From Alphaproteobacteria bacterium (GTDB lineage Bacteria > Pseudomonadota > Alphaproteobacteria > Rhizobiales > JAJFHC01), in contig JAJFHD010000149.1 of NCBI GenBank assembly GCA_021775805.1, positions 4,421 through 68,420 of the forward strand: a stretch of 64,000 bases of DNA, in the 5' to 3' direction. This document shows positions 22,252 through 32,000 of the stretch, piece after piece. Under the pieces are notes generated by a model. The model was not told the origin of the DNA. It did not search any database and worked only from the letters and a program-made list of their open reading frames with translations. Positions within the stretch are counted from its first letter, which is position 1, and the number at the start of each line of letters is the position of its first letter. The position numbers and the translations under genes are program-made.

Positions 22252-22905
22252 ATGTTTTCACTTGAAACTCTACAAAAAATAGCACCGTGGTTAGCAATTT
22301 TGGCGTTCTGGCCGAAGGTTCTAATTTCGATATTGATCATTGCATTTGCATTTCTTTGTCTTCTCATATTGTGGACACCGCCCCTCAAAGATCCTAAAGC
22401 CATAGAACCTTTGGATAATCCAGTTCCGGCGACCGGACATTCTACTGCTACACCATCTGGTCTGGCAGTGAGCGCAGTATATGTAGACAAGTCGAATTCT
22501 CAGCGCCGTTTATTTGATGTGTTATTGAAAAATCCCACAAGCGATAGCATTATTTTGAGTAAATTTGTCGTCAAATGGACCTATCTTGCAGGACAGTTTG
22601 CATCTATTGATCAAGCTGAATCACTCAGCCCTTCCGTGAAGTACTCAATACATCTTCCAATAGATCCGGACAAATCTGGTGAACAGAACACCAAGATCGT
22701 GCCAATTCATCCGCCATTGATTTTTCCGAAAACAACCAGCGAGTCAGACAGTATAACAAATATCAGAATTGAAATTTACTACGATTTTGAAAGCAGCAGG
22801 CTAGACTACCACCCTTATGTAGGTTGGGACATTCCGTACGAAATTTATGTGGTCGACGATCAGGGTACAAACAGCCTAGTTCTCTCAGGCTCCTGGAATC
22901 ATTAG
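22252..22905 (+). CDS. low-GC ORFan, N-terminally membrane-anchored protein
   Basis: 217 aa; hydrophobic N-terminus (APWLAILAFWPKVLISILIIAFAFLCLLILW) then a beta-rich soluble part; no recognisable motif; GC about 40% by eye against about 60% in the flanks. Confidence 0.55.
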   Translation: MFSLETLQKIAPWLAILAFWPKVLISILIIAFAFLCLLILWTPPLKDPKAIEPLDNPVPATGHSTATPSGLAVSAVYVDKSNSQRRLFDVLLKNPTSDSIILSKFVVKWTYLAGQFASIDQAESLSPSVKYSIHLPIDPDKSGEQNTKIVPIHPPLIFPKTTSESDSITNIRIEIYYDFESSRLDYHPYVGWDIPYEIYVVDDQGTNSLVLSGSWNH

Positions 22906-23128
22906 GCAATTTGCCGTTGCCGCAATGTTGCTAGTCCTGAATTTCATCGTTCTTGGCTAAATCGGTCGACACCGACGCCAGCGTTCCTAGCTACACGTTG
23001 ATTCCGAATGAGTCGGCCACTTTCAAAATCCGAGCCGCCGCGCCTCCATGGTATGAATTTACCGTCACCTAGCAAATGGACAACCAGCCAGATTAAACTT
23101 CAGAACGCACAGTTTGCCGTCAAGTACC

Positions 23129-23509
23129 CTACCGATAGGACTGGCGGGCGGTACAGGCGTAAACCCTGATGGCACACCGGCCGGATTTCCTGCCGCAGAC
23201 ACGCAACGCCTCCCGATAGGCCCGATTACGCGAGGTTCCCCACCCTGAACCCCATCCCCTCGAGCCGGTAGCCAGGGCGCCGCAGCCGTTCTTGAACCAG
23301 ACGGCGACACGACATCCGCGGGCCCGTCGTCCGCACTCGCGCAATGCCCTGCGTTCCGCAGCGTGGCGGGTGGAGTAGTCGAAGGAGTAGCCATGTCCGC
23401 CCGTGCTTGGCGAATAGGCAATCGCACCAAAATTTTGCGCCTTTGCTTGCGTATTCACAGTGCAAAACACCAGAAAACCAAAGATGATGACAACTATTCT
23501 CGAGGACAT
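23129..23509 (-). CDS. secreted DUF4189-like cysteine-containing protein
   Basis: 126 aa from the ATG at 23509 with GGAGG upstream; signal peptide; FGAIAYSPSTGGHGYS...ALRECG...NGCGALA pattern. Confidence 0.7.
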   Translation of the reverse strand: MSSRIVVIIFGFLVFCTVNTQAKAQNFGAIAYSPSTGGHGYSFDYSTRHAAERRALRECGRRARGCRVAVWFKNGCGALATGSRGWGSGWGTSRNRAYREALRVCGRKSGRCAIRVYACTARQSYR

Positions 23510-23705
23510 CGCGGGTTCAGCCTCCATCTCTTGTCCGGTTTCGAATGACCTCACATTCCCCGGACACCCTTTCACGTCTGTCAAGAATTGTAGCATGATG
23601 TCCCTTCGGTGGAAAACCGGGTAAAGTTTCAATTTGGCGAGCCGTGTGACGAGGATTGGCAACACTGGCCCACGATGGCCGCACGGGGTCTGAGGGACGG
23701 TCGTG

Positions 23706-24779
23706 ATGGAACAAGAAGCCAGGGACACAGTCTCCGCTCCCGGCCCCGGACACGTCCCGGCAACGTCCGGACCGCGCGTCCGGCTGTTGTGCATGAGCTT
23801 GTGGCTGGCGGGCGGCGTCGCGATCTACGATTTCACGGTCTACGGACGCGCGCCTTTCTTGAAATTTCCAGTCGACGTTTCTCCGCCTGCAGTCGCCCGA
23901 AGCCTGATCATCGCCGTCGCCGCCTTTCTGCTTGTGCGTGCGCTTCGACCGGCCGAGACAGGCAATAATTACCGGGACTTTTGGGGCGGACTTGACATGC
24001 TCCGTTTTGCCAGTCCGGTGTCCACTGCATTCATTGCGGCCACTGCGGCACTGTTGTTGATCGACCCGGATTTGCTCAATCGTCTCGGCTGGGAGGATGC
24101 CATCCTCGAAAACCTGTCCGCGTTGTTCTTGTTGGCCGCAGCCTTGGTGACGTGGCTGGCGATGCGGAACGCCTCGGAACAGGTCGGCGTTCTGGGCTTG
24201 TCGGTTCCCGCCCGGTTACCCTTGTTGGGGCTTGGCGCGTTGTTTTTGCTGATCTGCCTTGAAGAGATATCGTGGGGACAAAGAATCTTCGGGTTCCCGA
24301 CGCCGGGCCTTCTTTCCGGAAATGCGGATGGCCAGACCAACCTGCACAACTTTGCCACCTTTCTCTCTGAACAGCTCTATTATGGCGCTGCATTCTGCGC
24401 CTTTGTCCTGTTTCCGTATGCAGCATCAAAGGCCGGCACCGGGGTGCCCGGCTCCATCGGTTTTCTTGCCCCCGCCCCGGGACTAGCCCTCATTGCCGCA
24501 CCGGTTGTGTTCATGCAGTCGGAGATGTGGAACACCGTGCCCGTCCAAATCGCGGCATGGGCTGCTGTGTTCATTCTTGCCGATATCGTGAGGAGCACCG
24601 GCGGCGCACTGCGTCATTGGTCAGTTTGCGTCGTTGCGGTCTGCATCACTGGACAAACCATATTCCTGCTCTTCACGGAGAACCTTGCCGGAAGCAACGA
24701 CCTGACTGAATATAAGGAAACACTGATCGCATTTTTGTGCCTGACCTGGGCCTGCGCGGTACTGAACCGGCTTCGATGA
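23706..24779 (+). CDS. polytopic membrane protein of unknown function
   Basis: About 357 aa with 8 or more hydrophobic segments and a CLEEISWGQRIFG motif; divergent from the DUF4189 gene. Confidence 0.6.
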   Translation: MEQEARDTVSAPGPGHVPATSGPRVRLLCMSLWLAGGVAIYDFTVYGRAPFLKFPVDVSPPAVARSLIIAVAAFLLVRALRPAETGNNYRDFWGGLDMLRFASPVSTAFIAATAALLLIDPDLLNRLGWEDAILENLSALFLLAAALVTWLAMRNASEQVGVLGLSVPARLPLLGLGALFLLICLEEISWGQRIFGFPTPGLLSGNADGQTNLHNFATFLSEQLYYGAAFCAFVLFPYAASKAGTGVPGSIGFLAPAPGLALIAAPVVFMQSEMWNTVPVQIAAWAAVFILADIVRSTGGALRHWSVCVVAVCITGQTIFLLFTENLAGSNDLTEYKETLIAFLCLTWACAVLNRLR

Positions 24780-24950
24780 TACATCACCGTCGGCAGCACA
24801 CTTGTTACGTGGATTCGTTCTGCAGATCGAAACCATGGTGCCGTCGCCCGGCTTGAAGTCGGTTGTTAGGAACCGCAGCCGCAGGCACATCATACGAATC
24901 CAGCACAAAACTCTGGTCATTGGCGGCTTTATCGCCATATAACCCGCATA

Positions 24951-25820
24951 ATGACCGCACCCACCGACCATATCCCGTTCCGCAAGATGAACGGCCTCGG
25001 CAACGACTTCATCGTGCTTGATGCCCGCACCCGCGACATCCCGCTCGACGACGACCGTGCGCGCCGGCTGGCCGACCGCGAAACCGGCATCGGCTGCGAT
25101 CAGCTGATCACCCTTGAAGCCTCCAGAATTGCCGACGTTTTCATGCGCATCCGCAATGCCGACGGCGGTGAGGTCGATGCTTGCGGCAATGCCGCGCGCT
25201 GTGTCGCCGACCTGGTCGCCCGCGAAGCCGGCGAAACGGCGGTTTCGGTCGACACCAACGCCGGCGTTCTCGCCTGCGCGCTCAACCCGGACGGGCTGGT
25301 CACTGTCGACATCGGCAGGCCCCGGCTCCAGTGGCATGAAATTCCCATCGCCGAGGAAATGGACACGCGCCAGATCGAACTGCAGATCGGGCCCATAGAC
25401 GATCCCATCCTGCACAGCCCCAGCGTCGTCAATGTGGGCAATCCCCATTGCATCTTCTGGGTCGACGACGTTGAGGCCTATGACCTGCCCAAGGTCGGGT
25501 CGATGCTGGAGTATCATCCGATCTTCCCCGAACGCGCCAACATTTCGCTGGCCCATGTGACCTCGCGCACAAGCATGACACTGAAAGTCTGGGAACGCGG
25601 CGTCGGCCTGACCAGGGCCTGCGGCACCGCGGCCTGCGCAGCGGCAGTTGCCGCCGTGCGCAAGAACCTGACCGACCGCAAGATAACGGTGACCCTGCCC
25701 GGCGGTCCGCTCGGACTGGAGTGGCGCGAGCGCGACAGCCACGTGCTCATGACCGGCCCGGTCGCCTATGATTTCGAAGGCCTGCTTGATGCCGAATCCC
25801 TGGTTCGGATCGAGCCATGA
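24951..25820 (+). CDS. dapF: diaminopimelate epimerase
   Basis: 289 aa; MNGLGNDFIVLD, catalytic-Cys regions NADGGEVDACGN and CGTAACA. Confidence 0.95.
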   Translation: MTAPTDHIPFRKMNGLGNDFIVLDARTRDIPLDDDRARRLADRETGIGCDQLITLEASRIADVFMRIRNADGGEVDACGNAARCVADLVAREAGETAVSVDTNAGVLACALNPDGLVTVDIGRPRLQWHEIPIAEEMDTRQIELQIGPIDDPILHSPSVVNVGNPHCIFWVDDVEAYDLPKVGSMLEYHPIFPERANISLAHVTSRTSMTLKVWERGVGLTRACGTAACAAAVAAVRKNLTDRKITVTLPGGPLGLEWRERDSHVLMTGPVAYDFEGLLDAESLVRIEP

Positions 25821-27130
25821 CCGACTTCGACAACGCCTTGACCGACAGCGACGCTGAATCCGGCGAGCGCCCGGGGACCGAAATCGTCACCTTCGGGTGC
25901 CGGCTCAACACCTACGAATCCGAAGTCATGCGCCGCAACGCTCACGATGCCGGCCTCGACGACGCCGTCATCTTCAACACCTGCGCGGTAACCGCCGAAG
26001 CGGTGCGTCAGGCCCGCCAGTCGATCCGTAAGGCCCGGCGCCAGCGCCCCGGTGCCCGGATCATCGTGACCGGCTGTGCAGCCCAGGTCGACCCTGAGAC
26101 GTTTGCGGCAATGGACGAAGTCGACTTGGTCCTCGGCAACCAGGAAAAGCTTGAGCCCGCACAGTTCCGCCTGCCCGACTTCGGAATCTCGGGAGAAGAA
26201 AAGACCCGGGTCAACGACATCATGTCGGTGACCGAGACCGCCGGCCACCTGATCGACGGCTTCGACGGCCGCGCCCGGGCGTTTGTCCAGATCCAGAACG
26301 GCTGCAACCACCGTTGCACTTTCTGCATCATTCCGTATGGCCGCGGCAATTCCCGGTCGGTGCCCGCCGGCGACGTGATCGGCCAGATCGAACGCCTTGT
26401 CGACAACGGCTATCGCGAGATTGTCCTCACCGGCGTCGACATTACGGCCTACGGCGCGGACCTGCCCGGAACCTTGTCGCTTGGCAGCCTGGTTCTGAAG
26501 ATCCTGGAACAGGTGCCCACGCTGCCACGTCTGCGGATCTCATCCATCGACTCGATCGAGGCCGACGATGCCCTGATGGACGCCATATCAAATCAGCCGC
26601 GCCTGATGCCGCATCTGCATCTGTCGGTTCAGGCCGGCGACAACCTGACCCTGAAGCGGATGAAACGGCGCCACCTGCGCGAGGACACCATCGCATTCTG
26701 CGAGCAGGTGCGTCGCTTGAGGCCCGACATGGTCTTCGGTGCTGATATCATTGCAGGCTTTCCGACCGAAACCGACGCCATGTTCGACAACACCCTTCGC
26801 CTGGTAGACGAATGCGGCCTGACCTTCCTTCATGTTTTCCCCTATTCGGCCCGGCCCGGCACACCGGCCGCCCGCATGCCCATGGTCGACGGTGCCGTGA
26901 TCAAGGACCGCGCCCGCATCCTCCGCCACAAGGGGGCACAATCGCTCGAACGTTTTCTTGACCGCGCGGTGGGACACCGGCATTCCGTGCTGATGGAAAC
27001 CCCACACACCGGACGCACCGAACAGTTCGCGCCGATCCGGTTCCAGGACGCGCTACCAACCGGGTCCGTCGTATCCGCTGAAGCCACCGGCCACAACACA
27101 ACCGACCTCGAAGGCCGGTCCGTCGCATGA
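25817..27130 (+). CDS. mtaB: tRNA t6A37 methylthiotransferase (MiaB-like radical SAM)
   Basis: 437 aa; FGCRLN, radical SAM CNHRCTFCIIP; ATGA overlap with dapF. Confidence 0.9.
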   Translation: MTDFDNALTDSDAESGERPGTEIVTFGCRLNTYESEVMRRNAHDAGLDDAVIFNTCAVTAEAVRQARQSIRKARRQRPGARIIVTGCAAQVDPETFAAMDEVDLVLGNQEKLEPAQFRLPDFGISGEEKTRVNDIMSVTETAGHLIDGFDGRARAFVQIQNGCNHRCTFCIIPYGRGNSRSVPAGDVIGQIERLVDNGYREIVLTGVDITAYGADLPGTLSLGSLVLKILEQVPTLPRLRISSIDSIEADDALMDAISNQPRLMPHLHLSVQAGDNLTLKRMKRRHLREDTIAFCEQVRRLRPDMVFGADIIAGFPTETDAMFDNTLRLVDECGLTFLHVFPYSARPGTPAARMPMVDGAVIKDRARILRHKGAQSLERFLDRAVGHRHSVLMETPHTGRTEQFAPIRFQDALPTGSVVSAEATGHNTTDLEGRSVA

Positions 27131-28203
27131 GCGCCGAGAAAAAGGGGTTTCTGGGCAGGCTGTTCAAGGGTTCGGGGGAACCGGCAAGCGAAACCGCGGA
27201 GAATGATGTCGCACCGACGGAGACTGACCTATCCGACACGGCCGCCCGGCTGGACAGTCCAGAGGCCAACCCTAAACAAGGATGGTTCAAACGCCTCAAA
27301 TCCGGCCTGTCGCGGTCATCCGATGCCCTGACCACGGGCATCACCGATGTTTTCACCAAACGAAAGCTCGATGACGAGACCGTCGAGGAACTGGAAGATA
27401 TCCTGATCAGGGCCGATCTCGGTCTTGAAACCGCCGCAAAAATCACCGACAGCCTGACCCGCAGCCGTTACAACAAGGAAATCACGACGGACGAGGTTCA
27501 GCGTGTCATGGCTGACGAGATTGCAGCCGTACTGGAGCCCGTGGCCATTCCTCTCGAAATAGACCCCGCCAACAAACCGCATGTGATCCTGATGATCGGC
27601 GTCAACGGTTCCGGCAAGACCACCACCATCGGCAAGCTTGCCGCACAGTTTTCAGCCGCAGGCCACTCGGTCATGCTGGCCGCCGGCGACACCTTTCGGG
27701 CCGCCGCCATCGACCAGCTCAAGGTCTGGGGCGAACGTGTCGGCGCACCCGTCGTATCCCGCAAGGTAGGCTCCGATGCCTCCGGCCTGGCTTTCGATGC
27801 CCTCGATCAGGCGCGCGACGAACACGCCGACGTTCTGATTATCGATACCGCGGGCAGGCTTCAGAACAAGGCCACACTTATGGCGGAACTGGAAAAGGTC
27901 ATTCGCGTGATCCGGAAAAAAGATCCGACCGCGCCGCACTCGGTCCTGCTCGTGCTCGATGCCACCACGGGACAGAATGCCGTCAATCAGGTTGAAATCT
28001 TTGCCAAGAGTGCCGGCGTGACGGGTCTCATCATGACCAAACTTGACGGCACGGCGCGCGGCGGCATCCTTGTCGCTGTATCTCAGCGATTCGGCCTTCC
28101 CGTCCATGCCATTGGCGTCGGCGAAGGCATCCACGACCTCCAGTCATTCGACGCGGGACAGTTTGCCCATGCTGTCGCCGGTCTCGAGCAAAGGGCACCA
28201 TGA
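27127..28203 (+). CDS. ftsY: signal recognition particle receptor
   Basis: 358 aa; acidic N-terminus, [25 protein letters not shown]; ATGA overlap with mtaB. Confidence 0.95.
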   Translation: MSAEKKGFLGRLFKGSGEPASETAENDVAPTETDLSDTAARLDSPEANPKQGWFKRLKSGLSRSSDALTTGITDVFTKRKLDDETVEELEDILIRADLGLETAAKITDSLTRSRYNKEITTDEVQRVMADEIAAVLEPVAIPLEIDPANKPHVILMIGVNGSGKTTTIGKLAAQFSAAGHSVMLAAGDTFRAAAIDQLKVWGERVGAPVVSRKVGSDASGLAFDALDQARDEHADVLIIDTAGRLQNKATLMAELEKVIRVIRKKDPTAPHSVLLVLDATTGQNAVNQVEIFAKSAGVTGLIMTKLDGTARGGILVAVSQRFGLPVHAIGVGEGIHDLQSFDAGQFAHAVAGLEQRAP

Positions 28204-28784
28204 CCAAAGCAGCGCCGAAACCTGAAATGCATCCGCTTGTGAAACTGGCCACCGAGATTGGCCCGCTTGCGGTGTTTTTCTTTGCCAACGCCAAATTCGG
28301 AATTTTTTACGCCACCGGAAGTTTCATGGTGGCGATCGTTGTGGCTCTGGCGGTCTCCTATGCTCTGAGCCGTCACATCGCGACCCTGCCGCTGGTCACC
28401 GGTATCTTCGTGCTGGTGTTCGGCGGTTTGACGATCTGGCTCAACGATGAATTGTTCATCAAACTGAAACCCACGATCGTCAACACCCTGTTCAGCGTGA
28501 TTCTTCTGGGCGGACTCTTCTGGGGCAAGTCCTTCCTGCGCAGTGTCTTCGGATCGGTTTTCCGGCTCGACGACGAGGGTTGGCGGAAGCTCACTTTTCG
28601 CTGGGCGTTCTTCTTTCTGCTGCTGGCGGTTCTCAACGAAATCGTCTGGCGAAATTTCTCCACCGATGCCTGGGTCAGCTTCAAGGTGTTCGGCATCATG
28701 CCGCTCAGCATGGTCTTCGCCCTGTCCCAGATGCGGCTCCTGCAGCGCCATCAGTTGCCCGACGCGGACGAATCGGAGACCTAG
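28200..28784 (+). CDS. yciB: intracellular septation protein A
   Basis: 194 aa; five TM helices, YciB/IspZ-like; ATGA overlap with ftsY. Confidence 0.9.
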   Translation: MTKAAPKPEMHPLVKLATEIGPLAVFFFANAKFGIFYATGSFMVAIVVALAVSYALSRHIATLPLVTGIFVLVFGGLTIWLNDELFIKLKPTIVNTLFSVILLGGLFWGKSFLRSVFGSVFRLDDEGWRKLTFRWAFFFLLLAVLNEIVWRNFSTDAWVSFKVFGIMPLSMVFALSQMRLLQRHQLPDADESET

Positions 28785-28825
28785 AGCTTATCCGACCACA
28801 CTGAATATGTGCGACATCGCCAATT

Positions 28826-28904
28826 ACTATCATGTACGGGCTTGACACGTACATCTCCTGAACCGCAACACAGGAGGTCCTCGTGCCGCCGCACGAGGAC
28901 GACA
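28826..28904 (+). repeat. three-hairpin intergenic element, copy A
   Basis: Stems ATGTACG/CGTACAT, CTCCTG/CAGGAG and GTCCTCGTG/CACGAGGAC; 69/79 nt identical (hand count) to 42843-42921. Confidence 0.6.
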
Positions 28905-28923
28905 ATCGCGAAGGGCAGTAACG

Positions 28924-29499
28924 CTAACGTTTCTCGAACGGGACACTTGTTTCCGTCATGTCGCCTTCGTCACCCGGAGGGTTCGAGAACGGCTCAAACA
29001 CAGCCTCATTGCGTACTGCGTGATACTGGTTCAATGCCCAATGAACGCTTGGAAACGCCAGGTCGTCCCACGGGATCTCGTCCCAGCCGAACAACTCGAC
29101 CTCAAGGCTCTCCGTGCCCGGACGGAAATCGTCATTGAGCAGACGCGACCGATAGATGATCTGCACCTGGCTGATGCGCGGAATTGAATAGATCGCCAGC
29201 AGCGCGTTGATTTCAATGTCGGCGAACGCCTCCTCGTAGGCCTCACGGCGGGCAGAGGCTTCGGCAGACTCATGCAGTTCCATGAAACCGGCGGGCAGCG
29301 TCCAGTGCCCGTGACGCGGCGGAATCGCCCGCCGGCACAGGAGAATTTTCCCGTCGCGGACAACCACGGAACCGGTCACCAGCTTCGGGTTCTCGTAGTG
29401 TATGAATCCGCAATTGTCGCAGATGTTGCGCTCATGGGTGTCACCCTGGGGTGTCCGTTTCGAGAACTGCGCCTTGTACTGGTTTTCTGTCATTTGCAC
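28924..29499 (-). CDS. NUDIX hydrolase with N-terminal zinc-ribbon
   Basis: 191 aa; CDNCGFIHYENP and a Nudix box (GFMELHESAEASARREAYEE). Confidence 0.85.
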   Translation of the reverse strand: MQMTENQYKAQFSKRTPQGDTHERNICDNCGFIHYENPKLVTGSVVVRDGKILLCRRAIPPRHGHWTLPAGFMELHESAEASARREAYEEAFADIEINALLAIYSIPRISQVQIIYRSRLLNDDFRPGTESLEVELFGWDEIPWDDLAFPSVHWALNQYHAVRNEAVFEPFSNPPGDEGDMTETSVPFEKR

Positions 29500-29886
29500 A
29501 GATCCCGATTTTTACACTACCGTTTGATTTCTATACTGAATTTTTGCGATCGTTCAGACGGGGCACGCATTTGCGGACCGCACGTCATCTCAACCGTACA
29601 ACAGCAGAGACTTCACGCAAACGTCATAACGCGCCGGTAACGACGCCTCACTATTAATCATCGAATTGTGATTGGCCGATAGGTTGTTTTGATCATTTGT
29701 GAAGGGTTAGGCTCTACACAGGAATTGAGTTGCGACACCGAATCGATAATCCCCCTTTGATCGGCTCTGGTGCGGTGAAACACAAATGAGCTCTGTGAGA
29801 AAGAGAGTGTGTGAGGAATGAAAAGTGTGGATGGCCAGGATCGAACTCAATAGCCAGTCAACACGTTTACGGAAGAGACGAATAAG

Positions 29887-30399
29887 ATGAACGCTTCTGC
29901 TGAAATTCGAAATTTGAACAAATCGCCACACCATCTGTTGCGCCGGGCCGGTCAGTTCGCAGCCGATATCTATGCCGAGGAAGTCGGCAATCGCGGTTTG
30001 ACGCATCGTCAATTTGCCGTGCTTCTTACCGTTGCCCAGAATGAGGGTCTGAGCCAGACCGAGTTGGTCGAAAAGACCGGAATTGACCGCAGTACTCTGG
30101 CCGACCTCGTTGCCCGTATGTTGAAGAAGGGCCTGCTCCAGCGCAAGCGCACAAAGGAAGACGCCAGAGCCAATTCGATCCGCCTGTCGGCCGCCGGCCG
30201 CAGGGCGCTGCAGGCGACCCAGCAAGGGGCTGCCGCCACCGACAAGCGCCTGCTCGGACTGCTGAGCAGTCCTCAGCGCAAGCAGTTTCTGACGGCTTTG
30301 TCTCAGCTTTCCGAGGCGCTCGAGGAACATGAGACGACCAACGGTGCCATCAGCAGCACAGGCACCAACGGGACGACGGCGCGCAATCGCCGGTCCTAA
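29887..30399 (+). CDS. MarR-family transcriptional regulator
   Basis: 170 aa; winged-helix region LTHRQFAVLLTVAQNEGLSQTELVEKTGIDRSTLADLVARM. Confidence 0.85.
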   Translation: MNASAEIRNLNKSPHHLLRRAGQFAADIYAEEVGNRGLTHRQFAVLLTVAQNEGLSQTELVEKTGIDRSTLADLVARMLKKGLLQRKRTKEDARANSIRLSAAGRRALQATQQGAAATDKRLLGLLSSPQRKQFLTALSQLSEALEEHETTNGAISSTGTNGTTARNRRS

Positions 30400-30409
30400 A
30401 TCGAAGGTC

Positions 30410-31000
30410 CTACGACCCCGCCGCGCTTTTGATGGCCGGTATGATTTTCTGCTCGACCGCCTCTGCTGACAACGGACCGACGTGTTTGTAACGGATTACG
30501 CCTTTGCCATCGACCACGAAGGTTTCGGGAACACCGTAAACACCCCAATCGACCGCAGCCCGGCCGGTGTTGTCGACTCCGACAAAGCCATAGGGATTGC
30601 CGTGACTGCCCAGGAACTGGCGGGCATTTGAAGGCTTATCCTTGTAGTTGATGCCGACCATCTTAATGTCAGGGCGTTTCTCAAGCTCCATCAGAAAGGG
30701 ATGTTCCACCCGGCAGGGGCCGCACCACGATGCCCACACATTAACAAGTTTGACACCGCCGCCGGCAAGCAGGGAGACATCTATTCCCGGAATCGGCTGT
30801 CCCGCATCGTTGAGCCCCTCCAACGGTTTCAGGAAGGTTTCCGGCGCCGGCTTTCCGATCAGCGCCGACGGCAGCTTCGAGGGGTCTCCACTATTGAGGG
30901 CAACCACGAATATCACCGCAAGCAACGCAAAAATCGCCACCGGCATCAGGGCACCGAGGCCGAATTTGGACCGTTTCTGTCTTTCCGCTTCTGCTGTCAC
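30410..31000 (-). CDS. ccmG: cytochrome c maturation thiol:disulfide oxidoreductase DsbE/CcmG
   Basis: 196 aa; TM anchor, WASWCGPCRVEHP; GTG start. Confidence 0.9.
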   Translation of the reverse strand: MTAEAERQKRSKFGLGALMPVAIFALLAVIFVVALNSGDPSKLPSALIGKPAPETFLKPLEGLNDAGQPIPGIDVSLLAGGGVKLVNVWASWCGPCRVEHPFLMELEKRPDIKMVGINYKDKPSNARQFLGSHGNPYGFVGVDNTGRAAVDWGVYGVPETFVVDGKGVIRYKHVGPLSAEAVEQKIIPAIKSAAGS

Positions 31001-31002
31001 GC

Positions 31003-31179
31003 TCAGTTCTCCATGGAGGCTCGGGACCGGCGGCGGGCGCCGCTTGACTCGAGCACGGCAAGCTGGCGCTTCTGGCGCCTGAAATCGATGACGACAAAGA
31101 CCGACAGCCCGACCAGAACGATTGCCGAAATCCCATAGGACACAAAAACAAATCCCCAGTGTGAATCAAGTTCGAACAT
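31003..31179 (-). CDS. ccmD: heme exporter protein D
   Basis: 58 aa, below the ORF-track cutoff; hand translation MFELDSHWGFVFVSYGISAIVLVGLSVFVVIDFRRQKRQLAVLE...; sits exactly between ccmC and ccmG. Confidence 0.75.
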   Translation of the reverse strand: MFELDSHWGFVFVSYGISAIVLVGLSVFVVIDFRRQKRQLAVLESSGARRRSRASMEN

Positions 31180-31183
31180 GGTG

Positions 31184-31912
31184 CTACCCGTCCACCTGGG
31201 CCAGACGCATGGTCCGGATGCGCCGCTTCAGGATCTCGGAGCGCATGGCCACCAGATGAAGCGTCAGAAAAAGCATCGAATAAGCTATTGCCATGACCAG
31301 CAACGGAACCAGAATCGTCGGATGAATGGTCGGCCCGTCCATCCGGATGACGCTCGCCGGCTGGTGCAGGGAATTCCACCAGTCCACCGAAAACTTGATG
31401 ATCGGCACGTTTACGAAGCCGACAATGGCAAGGATTGCGGCGATCCGTCCGGCCTGTATCGGCTCGTCGATCGCCCGCCAGATCGCCATGTACCCGATAT
31501 AGAGCAGGAACAGCACCAGGACCGACGTCAGCCGGGCATCCCAGACCCACCATGTGCCCCACATCGGCTTGCCCCACAGCGACCCGGTCACCAGTGCCAA
31601 GAAGGTGAAGCAGGCGCCAATTGGTGCCGCGGTCTTGGCGGCCACATCGGCCAGCGGATGTTTCCAGATCATGCCCACGGCACTCGACAGCGCCATGATC
31701 GTATAGACAAACAGCGCCATCCAGGCGGCCGGCACATGAATGAACATGATCCTGACGGTCTCGCCCTGCTGGTAATCCGGCGGTGCATAGAAGAACGACA
31801 GGTACAGTCCCGCAGCGATCAGTCCCACCGTTGCAATCAGGCAATAGGGCTGGACAGTATTTGCGAAAGCCACGAACCGGGTGGGATTGGCATATTGAAA
31901 CATGGCTTTCAT
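31184..31912 (-). CDS. ccmC: heme exporter protein C
   Basis: 242 aa; WGTWWVWDARLT tryptophan-rich motif. Confidence 0.93.
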   Translation of the reverse strand: MKAMFQYANPTRFVAFANTVQPYCLIATVGLIAAGLYLSFFYAPPDYQQGETVRIMFIHVPAAWMALFVYTIMALSSAVGMIWKHPLADVAAKTAAPIGACFTFLALVTGSLWGKPMWGTWWVWDARLTSVLVLFLLYIGYMAIWRAIDEPIQAGRIAAILAIVGFVNVPIIKFSVDWWNSLHQPASVIRMDGPTIHPTILVPLLVMAIAYSMLFLTLHLVAMRSEILKRRIRTMRLAQVDG

Positions 31913-32000
31913 CTAATCCTTCGATTGCCGGAACGCAACACAAAGCGCCGTGAATGTTTCACAGGCTTTTGGCGGAAATCTGTCCAAATGCCTCATGCCC

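Noticed and set aside
21872-22282. 136-aa ORF in the AT-rich leader of the ORFan
   Set aside because: Lys/Asn/Ile/Arg-rich translation as expected from random AT-rich DNA. It overlaps the start of the better-supported 22252 gene and has no SD.
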